Positions 45,195 to 58,759 of a DNA stretch of 64,000 nucleotides are shown piece by piece; within the stretch, counting starts at the first letter, position 1, and every line of letters begins with the position of its first letter. The notes beneath the pieces were generated by a model. The model was not told the origin of the DNA, made no database searches, and was given only the letters and a program-made list of their open reading frames with translations. Source of the stretch: Stegostoma tigrinum (lineage: Eukaryota); the NCBI RefSeq assembly GCF_030684315.1, contig NC_081383.1, positions 39,436,979 through 39,500,978 on the forward strand. Direction: 5' to 3'. The translations under genes were made by a program, and so were the position numbers.

Positions 45195-47031
45195 TCCGAC
45201 ATGAGAAGTTGTTGGCTGATAGGATCAGGGTAAACCCTGAGGCTTTCTATAGGTATTTAAGGAATAAAAGAATGACAAAAGTAAGATTAGGTCCAATCAA
45301 GGATAGTAGTGGTAAGCTGTGTGTGGAGTCAGATGAGATAGGGGAAGCGCTAAATGACTATTTTTCGACAGTATTCATTCTAGAAAACGACAATGTTGTC
45401 GAGGAGAATACTGAGATACAGGCTACTAGACTAGATGGGATTGAGGTTCACAAGGAAGAGGTATTAGAAATCCTTCAGAGGGTGAAGATAGATAAGTCCC
45501 CTGGGCCGGATGGGATTTATCCTCAGATCCTCTGGGAAGCCAGGGAGGAGACTGCCAAGCCTTTGGCGTTGATCTTTAACTCGTCGTTGTCTACAGGAAT
45601 AGTGCCAGATGACTGGAGGATAGCAAATGTGGTTCCCCTGTCGAAGAAGGGGAGTAGAGACAACCCTGGTAATTATAGACCAGTGAGCCTTACCTCAGTT
45701 GTTGGTAAAGTGTTGGAAAAGGTATTAAGGGATAGGATTTATAATCATCTAGAAAAGAATAAATTGATTAGGGATAGTCAGCACGGTTTTGCGAAGGGAA
45801 GGTCGTGCCTCACAAACCTTATTGAGTTCTTTGAGAAGGTGACCAAACAGGTAGATGAGATGATGTGGTGTATATGGATTTCTGCAAGGCATTCGATAAG
45901 GTTCCCCACAATAGGCTATTATACAAAATGCGGAGGAATGGAATTGTGGGAAATATAGCAGTTTGGATCGGAAATTGGCTTGCTGAAAGAAGACAGAGGG
46001 TGGTAGTTAATGGGAAATGTTCATCCTGGAGACCAGTTACTAGTGGTGTACCGCAAGGGTCGGTGTTGGGCCCACTGCTGTTTGTCATTTTTATAAATGA
46101 CCTGGATGAGGGCGTAGAAGGATGGGTTAGTAAATTTGCAGACGACACTAAGGTCAGTGGAGTTGTGGATAGTGACAAAGGACGCTGTAGGTTGCAGAGA
46201 GACACAGATAAGCTGCAGAGCCGGGCTGAGAGGTGGCAAATGGAGTTTAATGCAGACAAGTGTGAGGTGATGCACTTTGGTAGGAGTAACCAGAAGGCAA
46301 AGTAGAGGGCTATTGGTAAGATTCTTAGTAGTGTAGATGAGCAGAGAGATCTCGGTGTCCATGTACACAGGTCCTTGAAAGTTGCCACCCAGGTTGACAG
46401 GGCTGTTAAGAAGGCACACAATGTTTTAGCTTTTATTAATAGAGGGATCGAGTTCCGGAACCAAGAGGTTATGGTGAAGCTGTACAAAACTCTTGTGCGG
46501 CCGCACTTGGAGTATTGTGTATAGTTCTGGTCACCGCATTATAAGAAGGATGTGGAAGCTTTGGAAAGGGTGCAGAGGAGATTTATTAGGATGTTGCCTG
46601 GTATGGAGGGAAGGTCTTACGAGGAAAGGCTGAGGGGCTTGAGGCTGTTTTCGTTAGAGAGAAGAAGGTTGAGAGGTGACTTAATTGAAACATATAAAAT
46701 AATCAGAGGGTTAGATAGGGTGGATAGGGAGAGCCTTTTTCGTAGGATGGTGACGGCGATCACGAAGGGGCATAGCTTTAAATTGAGGGGTGAAAGATAT
46801 AGGACGGATGTCAGAGGTAGTTTCTTTACTCAGAGAGTAGTAAGGGAATGGAACGCTTTGCCTGTAACGGTAGTAGATTCGCCAACTTTAGGTACATTTA
46901 ATTTGTCATTGGATAAGCATATGGACGTACATGGAATAGTGTAGGTTAGACGGGCTTGAGATCGGTACGACAGGTTGGCACAACATCGAGGGCTTGTACT
47001 GTGCTGTGATGTTCTATGTTCTATGTTCTAT
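45195..47031 (+). mobile_element. Best-preserved CR1 LINE in the window, 5'-truncated (RT domain to 3' end)
   Basis: [56 protein letters not shown]; few disablements; (TTCTATG)n tail. Confidence 0.96.
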
Positions 47032-48474
47032 CACGAAAACATAAGAAAGGCTTAAAATTATGTGCCATTTTATCATCTTTTTGAACTGGTTACTAACCTC
47101 CACACCCTCACCCCCACCCCCAACCTTGTACCTGTGTAATTGCCTGAATACTGTATGATTCTTGAACCATCTTCTCTCTGACTTAACAAGTAATAAAGAT
47201 ACTCTTTCTTCCACTCAAGAAAACCTTATTACTGGTTCATTGGTGTTTCTGGGTAAAGCAGTTTATTACATTTTAACTGGGAAAGGGTATTGCCATTTGT
47301 TAAACAGAACTTGAACATTTATTAATGGCCAAATGGGATATTGATAAGAATTGAGCACATTTACCCCTCCTCAACTGCTTGTATACATAACCTGTCTCAC
47401 ATACACTCATTTGCACACTTTGCAAGGCTACATTCACCAATTTGCAATGTCCAATGTATGAAAATTAATATTGCAATCTCTCTCTTACCACTCTTTTGCT
47501 CCTTGATTTATACTTGATCCAACAATGCAGTTGCTGTTTAGGACACCGATAAACTATTCTCTTCGACTTAGTATTTCTGAACTAAACTCAAGCTATTTCT
47601 ACATCTTAATGTTCAAAGCCAAGATTGTTATTCACAGCCACGCTGCCTATATTAACAGAGCCACCCACCTCCATACCCATTCTTTCTAAGCTTTCCAATA
47701 AGTCAATAATAAAAAGAACAGATTTTTTTAGCAGCAAATGGATTGAAATGGACAAAGACAGAGTTTGGATCACACAGAGATTTATTGAACTTTCAACTGT
47801 ATCTTTTAAAAAGAGGAATTAGAGCTGAGGAATGGCTGTGAATGATCTTGTTTGTCAATTGGATGAGGTACTTGTGTATTAGTCTTGATTCAAGTACTGA
47901 TGTACTGTGAACGTCAGTTGAAGTGCCGTTCCCTAGTCATGCCTGAGTTGCAGGTGAAAGACTCCCACACTCTGTCTGCTGCAAACTCGTTCAGGATGAG
48001 ACAGGATAAAAGAATTTTAGCTAACCTGCTCAGCCAAGAATCTTAAAATCAACAGCTCAACCATCAATGTCCCATTATCCAATCATCATGAATGACCCAG
48101 AGACTGAATTGGACATCTTTTAACTTTTACTCTTCTAGGGCTCACATTTCATTTCTACTCTGATTGTGCTTGCTATTTTATTCCTTCTTCTCATGTTGAG
48201 TAACTCATGCGCTTACTCCTTTATTAACTCAAGAAAACCTGGTTTAAACTGCCTCCTGTTAAACCTAAATTCCTTTGGTCCAGGAGGTAACGGGACCCAG
48301 AAAGGAGGAGATCCTTTTTAAATTAACCTTCTTGTGATCAGCCATGGGGTGGGTGAATAAAAAAGGACAAAGGCTCATCCCTCCTCACCCAGGAGTTTAA
48401 CAACTTTGCCAATCCCATTTCGATCCATGACTAATTGAGGAGCCTCACCAGGTTATAGGTATCCCTGGCATGAT

Positions 48475-48645
48475 CAGAAACAAAATCAGAAATTGCTGGA
48501 GAAGTTCAGCAGGTCTAGCGGTATCAGTGGACAGAAATCAGAGTTGATGTTTTGGTTGATGTTCTGGATGCGGCCAGATCTGCTGAGTTTCTCCAGCAAT
48601 TTTTGTTTCTGATTTGCAGCATTTGCAGTTCTTCCATTTTATTTG
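48475..48645. mobile_element. Palindromic family-2 short repeat
   Basis: atcagaaacaaaatcagaaattgctggaga.. / ..tctccagcaatttttgtttctgat. Confidence 0.7.
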
Positions 48646-49184
48646 CTCATCGGCAAGATCAGCATGTGTTGCTCAACCTGACTTGCCCTTGAAACCTGAT
48701 TGGCTTATTAGGCTAAGGGCAGATTAGAATCACCCACATTGTTGCATGTCTGCAGCCACATGACAGCCAGTAGACCAGGTAAGGATTGTTGATTTTCCCC
48801 AAAAAAGGACTTGGGAAACAAGATGGGCATTTTCCTGACAATCAATGAGACCTTTACATCCAAGATAATGACAATTAACAGGATTTAGATGCCCTGGTAG
48901 GAATTGAACCAATGTCCACACTAAATTATCCTGACATTCATACATTTTCCATCCAGTGAAAACGTTGCCATCTCCCTGTCAAATATGAAGAGAAGGTTAA
49001 CAGTGTTGTGCTAATTGAATTTAAGCTAAACATATAAGTTACTGTTTACCCTGCTCAACTCTTGTTACTGTATTTTCACAGACTTAAATTAAACGCATAG
49101 TAATTTTATTGACATGATCCGTTTTAAAGTTGGAATAACTTATAAATTAGGAAAATAGGCAATTAGTGAAAATGTTAGCCACAC

Positions 49185-50150
49185 AGAAAAAGGGGGAAGT
49201 GTAGACCAATCAATCCTTCAAGCCTTCAGCACCATAAATATGATCATGGCTCACCTTGGGGTTGCACTGCACTTCCTTGCTTAGTCCCTAAATCCCTGGA
49301 TTCCCTGAGAAACCAACATTCTTCGTAAGCTAACTTTAAATGTATTCAATGATAGGGCATCCACAGAAGCCTGGGTGGAGAATTCCACAGGCTTACAATC
49401 ATTTGAGTGAAATAATTGTTCCCCATCTCAGTGCTAAACAATCGCCCCCTTTCCTAAAGTCTGTGTACCAGTGTTTTACATTCTGTGACCAGCAGAAACA
49501 CTGATGGCCCTTCAGAATCTTGTATCTTTCAATGAAATTACCTCTCATTCTTTTAAACTCCAGGGAGTATGGACCCAGTTATTCAGCCCTTCATAGTAGA
49601 AATCTCCAGGCCCCAGGAAATTTAGTGAATTTTCACTCCACCATCTCAATGAAAATACCTCCTCCTTTAAAGATGAGAAACTGCACAGCAATCCTGATGT
49701 GGCATCAACCAAGCCCCGGTGACTGTAAGTATATGTACCATGATTTCTTTATTCCTGTACCCATGTACTCTCACAATGTAGCCTCACAAACCATTTGCTT
49801 CCTAATTGCATTCTAACTTTTTGCATTCTTTAAAGTCTCATTGAACATGTACAAGTTTTAAATCTTTTCAAAAAAATCAGATTATTTTTCTTATGCTCAA
49901 GTATTTCCTTAAATTCACTCGATTTACCATTTTGTTGCCAAATCTGTCTATGTCTGATTAGCCTCCTCGTGCACTTCCAATTTACATTTCCACCTCACTT
50001 TGTATCATTAGCAAACTTGACTACTTTACTCTCAGTCTCCTCAGCCATTGTAAGTAGCTGAGGGCACAACACAGATCCTTGCAGCACTCCAATATTCTGC
50101 TTGACAACTTGAAAGTGTTGTGTTAACGCTTGCTGTCTGCTCCCTGTCCA
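49185..50150 (-). mobile_element. Old CR1 fragment(s)
   Basis: GVLQGSVLCP..VVKFANDTK on the - strand; reverse CR1 tail near 49200-49500. Confidence 0.75.
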
Positions 50151-50282
50151 TTGACAGGGGAGGGGGTGATGTAGTGTTAATGTCACTGGATTACAAATCA
50201 AGAAACCCAGGTTAATGTTGTCGGCACATGGTTTTGATGACTGTGTTACCATTATTGTAAAAACCCACCTGGCCCACTAATG

Positions 50283-50520
50283 TAACAAGGGGGAGAGCTG
50301 GATGAACACAGCAGGCCAACAGGCATCAGAGGAGCAGGAAGGCTGACGTTTTGGGCCTAGACCTTTCTTTAGAAAATCTGAAGAAGGGTCTAGGCCCGAA
50401 ACGTCAGCCTTCCTGCTCCTCTGATGCTGCTTGTTCTGCTGTGTTCGTCCTGCTGTGTTATTCAGGTCTACACCTTGTTATCTCAGATTCTCCAGCATCT
50501 GCAGTTCCTACTATCTCTGG
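50283..50520. mobile_element. Palindromic Penelope-type mini-element inserted in a family-B SINE (head about 50160-50283, resumes about 50525)
   Basis: Inverted arms; full core CTGAAGA A GGGT CTAG GCCC GAAAC GTC at 50378-50405. Confidence 0.78.
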
Positions 50521-50559
50521 TGCACTAACGTGCCTTAGGAAAGGAAAGCGGTTAGTGTA

Positions 50560-51245
50560 CTTATGACTCGAGATACACAGAGTCGTGAGGTTGTAGCCTT
50601 GCCCGCTGAGCTGATGAGTTTGTTGCTGATGTTTTGTCGACCTGCTAGGTAACATCATCAGTGCACTTCCGGTAAAACATCGTTGCCCTGTCCCGCTTGT
50701 TATTGATATGCTTCGGTTTGCTGGGGTGGTTGACATCACTTCAAGTTCTGTTTCTCAGTGGTTTGTGTATCAGATACAGCTCAATGTGTTTGTTGATGGA
50801 ATTCTGGTTGGAATGCCAGGCCTCCAGCAATTCCCTGGCATGTCTTTGTTTGGCTTGCGCTGTTATGAATATGTTGTACCAGTTGAATTTGTGTCCTTCT
50901 TTGTCCATGTGTATTAAGAGCAGTGAGAATTGGTCTGTGTTTTGGTGGCTAGTTGGTGTTCTTGTATCTTTATTGACAGTTTTCCTCCAGTTTGGCCTGT
51001 GTAATGCTTCTCACAGTCCTTGCTTGCTATCTTGTACATTCCATCAGTTTCAATCGTTGTGGGTGTCAGATCCTTTATGTTCGTCAGTAGCTGTCACATG
51101 GTGGATGTTGGTTTGTGGGCTGCCTGTGGGTCTGAGTAGTCTTGTGGTCATCTCTGATATGTCTCTGCTGTACAGTAGGGTGACTAGTACGTCTGACCAT
51201 GTTGTGTCTTCTTGTTGTGGCCTGTCGTGGAATTCTCTGGATACC
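50560..51245 (-). mobile_element. Penelope-like element 3' part (end of RT + GIY-YIG endonuclease), decayed
   Basis: The - strand gives TLLYSRDISEMTTRLLRP..YKIASKDCEKHYTGQTGGKLSIKIQEHQLATK..ARELLEAWHSN. Confidence 0.85.
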
Positions 51246-51267
51246 GCCGGAGGTATCAGGATAGACC

Positions 51268-52155
51268 TCAAACCAGCACCCACCCTGTGACAGCTGCTGA
51301 CAAGCATAAAGGATCCCATACCCACAACCAATAAAACTAATTTAATATTCAAAATAACAAGAAAGGGCTGTGAGACCGTGGGAACTGGAAGGAAACTGAC
51401 AATAAGGATCCACATAGTGTGGCACGGTGGCTCAGTGATTAGCACTGCAGCCTCGCAGTGCCAGGGTCCCAGGTTCAATTCCAGCCTCTGGCGACTGTCT
51501 GTGTCGAGTTTGCACATTCTCCCTGTGTCTGTGTGGGTTTCCTCCGGGAGCTCCGGTTTCCTCCCACAGTCCAAAGATGTGCAGGCTAGGTGGGTTGGCC
51601 ATGCTAAATTGCCCGTAGTGTTCAGGGGTGTGTGGGCTATAGGGGGATGGGTCTGGGTGGGATGCTTCAAAGGGCGGTGTGGACTTGTTGGGCCGAAGGG
51701 CCTGTTTCCACACTGTAGATAATCTGATCTAATCTAATCTTAAAAAAATCACCAACTAGCCTCCAAAAGACACGATAAATTCCCACTAGCCTCAATACAC
51801 ATGGACAAAGAGGGGCACAAATTCGACTGAGTCATCCATAATAACACACGTGAAAGAGAGACATTTCGGGTAATTCCTGGAGGCCTGGCATTCCGGCCGG
51901 AACTCCAACAACAAACACATTGAACTGTTTCTGACACACAAACCACTGAAAAACACAACCAGAAGTGATGCCAACCACCCCAGCAAACCAAGGCATAGAA
52001 ATAACACGCAGGGCAGGACACCAACGCTTCACCAGAGGCGCACTGACAATGTTACTTAGCAGGGTGACAAAACATCTGCAATCAAACACACCGGCTCGGC
52101 AAGCAAGGCTCCCACCTCGTCCACAACAGGAGCTACAAGCCTTCTCATAAACTTG
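51268..52155 (+). mobile_element. Second Penelope-like GIY-YIG fragment, inverted relative to the first and split by an HE1 SINE
   Basis: KPAPTL..LTSIKDPIPTTNKTNLIFKI..GRKLTIRIH /SINE/ HQLASKRHD..FLEAWHS. Confidence 0.82.
51418..51748 (+). mobile_element. HE1-like V-SINE (well preserved)
   Basis: A-box tggctcagtgatt, B-box ggttcaattcc, V-domain, tail ttgggccgaagggcctgtttccacactg + (AATCT)n. Confidence 0.93.
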
Positions 52156-54892
52156 ATACACTTGATCATCACTGCTCTCTGCTTGGTGAGTAGTCATGGG
52201 TGATAAATGTTATCCTCACTCCTGATGTTATCCTTGCTATCTTCTATCTATTTTAATTTATTGCTTCCAATTCCACGAGCCCTAATTGTATTTACTAATT
52301 TTGTATTATCATATTGAATGCTTTTTGTAATTGAGGTGCATTACGCCTATTAGATCCTCTTAATCTGGGCTACCAGATACAGGATTCCCATTTTGGAACA
52401 CCATGCTGACTTGTTACAATCATGCGAAATGATTCTCAGCACATTACTGAGGCTCTTATTAGCAGGTTCTGACTGATGTCAGCTTCCTGGCTTGCAGTTC
52501 CCTGCTTCCATTTGACTTTATTACATTGGTCAACTTTCAATCCACGATTCAATCATAAATCTAAGGAGATTGTAAGATTTGTAGCTGACACATCCACTCT
52601 CTCTGCAGCCATTGAGGTGAGAACATGAGGAGAGAGTTGGTCAGGCCTGGGCATTTTTTTGGAATTTAATTCCTTAAATTTTCTCCAATATATTTCCTCG
52701 GCTGATGTATAGTGCTCCAATTTGGTTATTTTATTATTCATTAGGTTACCCTCTGTTGTGTTTTGTTCAGGAATAAATGCCACACAAAATAATTGCATTG
52801 TGTCTCTGTTGTTTAAAAAAAAATCGTCATGCCAACATTGTCTCTTGTCTGAGTCCTTTCTCCAAGAGGAGGGAGGGTGATTTTGCCTTTTGTGAAGTTC
52901 TTGGGACAAAAACAGAGAGTTTTATGTGTAGCCAGAGACATTTAGAATCAGAACTCACCTCGTTTCAGACTCTATCTGGCTGCACACCTATCTGTGGTCT
53001 GGTCAGGTGAATAAAACATACAACATATTTTTCGAGGAATTGCACCATTTCCCTGGCCCAAGTGGATCAGCCAGCAGCTGCACTTTGGAATTCTAAAAGT
53101 GTTCCCCAGAGCAGCGTCCAGCAGCTGCTATGCTTGGGGGTCTATCCAATGAGTTTCTGACGTTATCTCATCTGTGGGGTAAAGTTTTGGGCCTTCCTGC
53201 AGGTCAAAGTGCAATCAGCCATGATGATCTTTGACATTTTCACACATAGGTATGTAAACACTGCTGAATTCGTATCCTGGGTATCCTCTTCAGTCTTTGA
53301 TGTGTACATATTTATATCTTCCACCGACTTCCACCCCACACGATCACTGATGCTGCAACATCTCACATCTACATTTTTCACTGGTGACACCAATCACTAA
53401 ATACTCATCAGATTGTAGAGTTAACATTCTCAAGGAGTAATATAAATCTGAATTCTCTGAATAACAATGTCATTGACACATCATTGACACCTGCATTCAT
53501 AATCCATTGGTGACCTTTCTAAATAAATATATTATAGAATGGATAAAAGCCCTTCCTGATAGTCTATTAGGATAATCCACACTGTTATCTCTGACCCCAG
53601 TATCTGCAGTTCTTACTATCTCCTGATAATCTATTCATTATTCAGTGCCTTTCGTAAAATATGTCGGGGAAGCCAGTGATCCAGTGAAATACAATAGAAC
53701 ACTCCTGAAGCTGTTCTCAGGAAATATCAACGTTAGTTTAATCATTATCCTTCAGAAAACGTCGCTGGTTATGTGGTGAGTGCAGCCTCTTGTTTTCCTC
53801 TACGTGATCTCACACATATCACTGTACAAAGATAAGCTGCATGTATTAAAAATACAATCAGTGCTGAGGTGATCTTCATTGACACAGATGGTGGTCCTGA
53901 CAATTGAGATTACACAACTCTGGTGGGGAAGGGAGGATAGGAACGGCGGGGAAAGCCAGCTTCAATCTATGAATCATGGCCTTCCATGTGCTGTCAGGTC
54001 CTAATTACAGGCAAGGTTATAGAGTAGGAATTATCCTATTTCTATGATTGTACTCACTTCTGTGCTGATCGGGGAAAATGGCACAGAGCAACTGAGGCAA
54101 AAGGTGAGAGTGAGAAACTCTACAAACTCTTCAATAAGAACCTCTCAAAATTCCCCTCTATCATGGCTAAATACTTCCCTACAAATCACAAAGCTCTCTT
54201 ATGGACCAGATCAAAACCCCTCAAACTATTCTGAAGACAGTCGAGATCCTAATTTTCTTATTTTAAAGTTAAATGTGAGGTGTTGTGTTCCAGATAAAAT
54301 TTGATTGGTCAAACACTCCATGTTAAACAAAACACTATTTAAACACTTTTTTTAAAATACAACAAAAACGAAGAACTTGGAATAACAAATCTATGGGAAA
54401 GCTGAATGGAAGAATAGATTATTTTACTAAGAAACAGTAACAACTCGAAGATAGTAACATCCTATAAGCACACCCTTGACAAAAGGCAAATTCAGAATTC
54501 AGGCGTCACATGTAGTTCTCCAATCCAGGAGGAAAGAATATTGCAGATAGATAGAGAACTCCAGCTTTCAGCTGTAACTGAGAGAGGGAAAATGCAGCGA
54601 TTACGTCTTCAAGACTCAGACAGAAACTGCTGAAAGCTAAACCTAAATTTCCTAGTTTGTGGGTGGGCATTTGGCCAACAAATTCAGACAGTTTCTACTG
54701 TTCCAATGGTTGAAGAAAGCACCCATGATGTCACAAGCTGTTTACCCTCTCACACTGCTTGGTACCAGTTCCCCCAATTTCTCTCGAAAAACAAATACAA
54801 AACGCACCTCTTGAAGTCATAGTACTGTCATCACACAACGGAATTTTCAAAAGTTGGATGTAAAACAGTACAGTGAAGTCCCATCCGACGTA

Positions 54893-54960
54893 ATCCATCC
54901 ATCCATCCCTCCATCCATCCATCCATCCATCCATCCATCCAACTATCCAGCTATCCATCC
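54893..54960 (+). repeat. (TCCA)n microsatellite
   Basis: Directly visible. Confidence 0.92.
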
Positions 54961-57900
54961 CGGAATTCGAAAAAGAAAATAATCCCTTGTAATCATAAGC
55001 TCCTCTTGGAGTGATTAGGTCCATCTAAGTACAGCGCTCTCTCACACATCATGTGTATTCCTGCCTTATATACACACAGTCTCCCTTCAATATCATGATA
55101 GCATCACTGATTGACAAATCGAACATGGTTAATTGTTTAATGAACAAATACAGTCAAATAGTGCAAGTCATGAAAAGAATTGCTGAACAATTTGCATACT
55201 TCTATAAATTGCGGTTTTATTTAGAAACACGGATGATTGACGGTGGTTAATAAAAAAAATCACTTGAGTGCAATTGCATCTCCAGATGAAAGACGAAAAA
55301 ATATAAACTGCGTCCTCCTTCCTCAAGTGTAAAGGGAGATTTAGGGACCTTGTGGTGTAGTGGTATTGTCCCTATCTCTAGGCCAGGTGTCCAGGTTCAA
55401 GTCCCACCTTCACCATAATATATCTGTACATGTGGATTAAAAAAAAATCCATAGAACAACTTGGCTTAGTGTATGATATTTACCTTTCATCCACATATTA
55501 TTTTGAACAAAACTGGTATTTATTCGAGAGATTACTGAGTAATGGGAAGGGAGGTGTTTTCACTTAGTTGTTGCCAGAGTGTCAATGTTAAGCAGTAAAC
55601 CCCCTTTTTCTACAGCATTCAAAAAGTATTCCTTCAGAATAAGGGTGAATTTCCCAGAGTCAAAGTGAGCTCTTTATGCTGCTTTCCAGAGGAGCTTTAG
55701 CATTGATTTACAGATATTTTCAAAGCAATCAGTTCAGAGATGTTATTACACATTTCTGGAGCTGATGGGACCTGAACCCTTGTTTGCTGACCCATAGGTG
55801 GGGTCATATCCAGGAGCACATGAGCCCATTTATACTAAAGCACTGGCTGTCTTTCCACAAAAGGAAATGAGCCATGCCTGTATTACATTTTTTTTCAGTT
55901 TTCTTTTTCTCCCTGCTTACTTGTTGAAGGGATCTCGCTCGTGGAGGCAGTGGTAGTGACAGCAGCAATTGGGGACCCAGAATGTGGACTTTAGCAGCTG
56001 GCCATGAGGCAGGTGGTGAGCCCAGGCAGAACTCTGGCTGTCAGTAACATCATAGAAGTGGCTTGGAGCCAGGAGCAGCACCACAGCAGGTCAGCAGTCG
56101 CTGGTGAGACGGCAAAGTGATAACGCGGGGTCAAGAAGTTGAATCCAGCATGGGAGAGAGATTGAGCCCTCATGGGGAATGCTCAGTGTGGAGCTACTGC
56201 TGGCCCATGGCTAAAGAAGGACTGTAATTTGGAAATTTTAACCTTACTTTTTATTCACTATTTTATACTGAGAAAATCTCTTGTGTTGAACTTTTTAACT
56301 TCTTTATTTTTGGACTCTTTACTGAAGATCTTGTATCCATGTACCTTGTAGCTCACATGGCAGCTTTAATGTCGGCATTGTAAACCTTTCACTGTACTCC
56401 TGTATCCCTGTACTCGAGTACAAGTGACAATGAAACCCCATCCTGATTCTACTTTCCGATCTCTGTGACCCACTGTGCCATTCAGTTCTCGAAATCTTCG
56501 TGGGTTTCCTCAGATTCATTTTAAGACTAACGTGATGAATCATGGGACTTTAATGTTGTCCATTTCTTTCCAACGCCACTAATATGAACATGATCCTTCT
56601 GTTTAAAGTTGTGTGATTTACATTCTGTTCAGCACCAGCATTCTGTGTTGTCTTTCTGAGGAGGGGCAGCTCAGAGTTACTTTGCACTGAAGTACAAATA
56701 ACATTCTACACAGAGTTTTATTCTTCCTACATCATGGGCATCATTGGCAATGCCAGGATTTTTATGCCCATCCGGGTTCGTTACAGCCAAGTGCTTGCTT
56801 GCAGAGGGTAGTAAGGAATTGTTGCTGTGGATCTGAAGACATAAACATCCAGTCACATACAGCCATCCGTAGATGGAATTTTACATCAATTAATGGTACT
56901 TTTACAATCACCATTAATGAGACTCGCTCTTGATGCCACATTTTTCAGAAAGTCGCACGACTAAATGAATTTAAATTCCGTCAATTATAGAAGTGGGAAT
57001 AGTGAAGTGGAGAAAGAAAATCCAATTTAGCCATAAATAATCTGGCATATAGAACATGAATCAGACTCAAGAGGTATGCATGTGGAGCACACATTTTGCA
57101 TCGATAAAGCATGTCACATTTAAACTAATCTATTTGCCTTTATCTCATCAACTTCATTTATATCTGACAAATCCAAGGAAACACTGAATCAAGTCATGGA
57201 AATTTTCTTGATACACAATAGGCAAATAACAGGCTTTATTATCAAATATCATTCTTGCTGCATATAAAGAATGTACAAATTAATTTTAGCTTTCCTAAGA
57301 ACTGAAGTATCTCACCCTTTAATGCAAGTGGGATTGATTTCCTGAGATTGTCTCTCACTCCCTCGTCATAACATTGGTGGTTCCACTGGAAAAAGCCTCC
57401 CCAACTAATTTTTTCCCTGTCAGAAATACAGGGAGAAATTGTGCCAGTTACAGGAAGATCAGAGCAATACAAATAGAGAACTGATAACAGAAATGGAGCA
57501 TGTTTGGAAATTGTGGTTTAACGGTTATTCAAAACTAAATGAACAAATGATAAGAATTTTGGGAAGTTGCCTGAATTGTAACACTTCATTTCCCTATTTC
57601 ATGCTCCAGCAGTTCTATTGCAGAATCCAATATCCCTCAGACATTGCCATCTTGAAGCTCTGCGTTAAGTTTGCAGGGAGCACACAAATCTTTACATCGT
57701 CCTCACAATGTTCACCTGGAAAAAGTGACTTGTCCTTAAAGTGAATAGATCTAGCCCTATAAATATTGGTAATAACATCAGGAATGCTCTCCCTGAATTT
57801 GAACTAACTCTGTATCGAATAAGTTACATGCCAGCAGCTAGGAGGGCACACGTCAAAAGATTGTTGGAATTGAGAGTGTGCTAAGTAAATACTTCCACAT

Positions 57901-58759
57901 TCAATCAAGATACACTAACATCACGGCAAATCCTTTTGTAACACTTTTTACTTTGTAATAATGCACAGTGGAAGTAAGTTTAGTTGAGGCACACCAGAGG
58001 CCTTTGCATGATTATTTGAATGGAAAGAGTCTGCAGGTTTATTTGAAAAGACATTAGATTGGTGCTAAGTTAAAAAGTTCATGGAGCTAGTGCAGACATA
58101 ATGGACAATTCTGTGGGTGAATCTTATCAAAGTTTAGCCAAGTGTCAATTTAGTTGATTTACACTGAGGGCTCCTCACTGAGAGTGAGATTTCTCACCAT
58201 ATCATCCTAAGTTTGACTCATTCCCTCCTCCTCCCTCATGACAATGCTTTTGTCTGATTCTACTACTCACCATACCCAGAAAAACATCCCAGAGCTCAGA
58301 GATCCATATCACTCACTCCTGCATGATCTTTAAACTCCGCTTTGCGTTCGGATGAGCGCTGTCAATCTGGTGCTGCCAGATACGGCTTGTGCATTTGCCC
58401 CAGACCTGGCAGACAAGTGGGACATGGTGCATCACTTGTGGGTGGGAACCTTGTTAAACACCTTCTGGAAATTCAAATACAACACATCTACTGGCTCCTT
58501 TCTGTCTTCCCTGATTAATACTTACACAAAGATCTTTCATAAATTAGTCAGCCAGCATTTCACTTTCATGAAGTCGTGCTAACTCTGTTTGATTAGATGA
58601 TGATTTCCCAAATCTTTCGAAAACTTCGTTAAAACTGATTCCAAAACTTTTCCAACAATACATATGAGGCCCATTGGTCTAAAGTTTCCCGATTTTCATC
58701 TCCCTCCATTTTTGAGTGGGGACAGTTTTCCTAATCTCTGGCACTTATCCAGAATCCAA

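Noticed and set aside
45819-46487. 222-aa - strand ORF
   Set aside because: Antisense shadow of CR1 reverse transcriptase sequence.
51421-51490. tRNA-like A/B boxes
   Set aside because: SINE heads, not tRNA genes; they continue into the V-domain and LINE-like tail.
54200-54835. Possible solo LTR-like repeat
   Set aside because: No clear TG..CA pair with target-site duplication and no second copy in the window.
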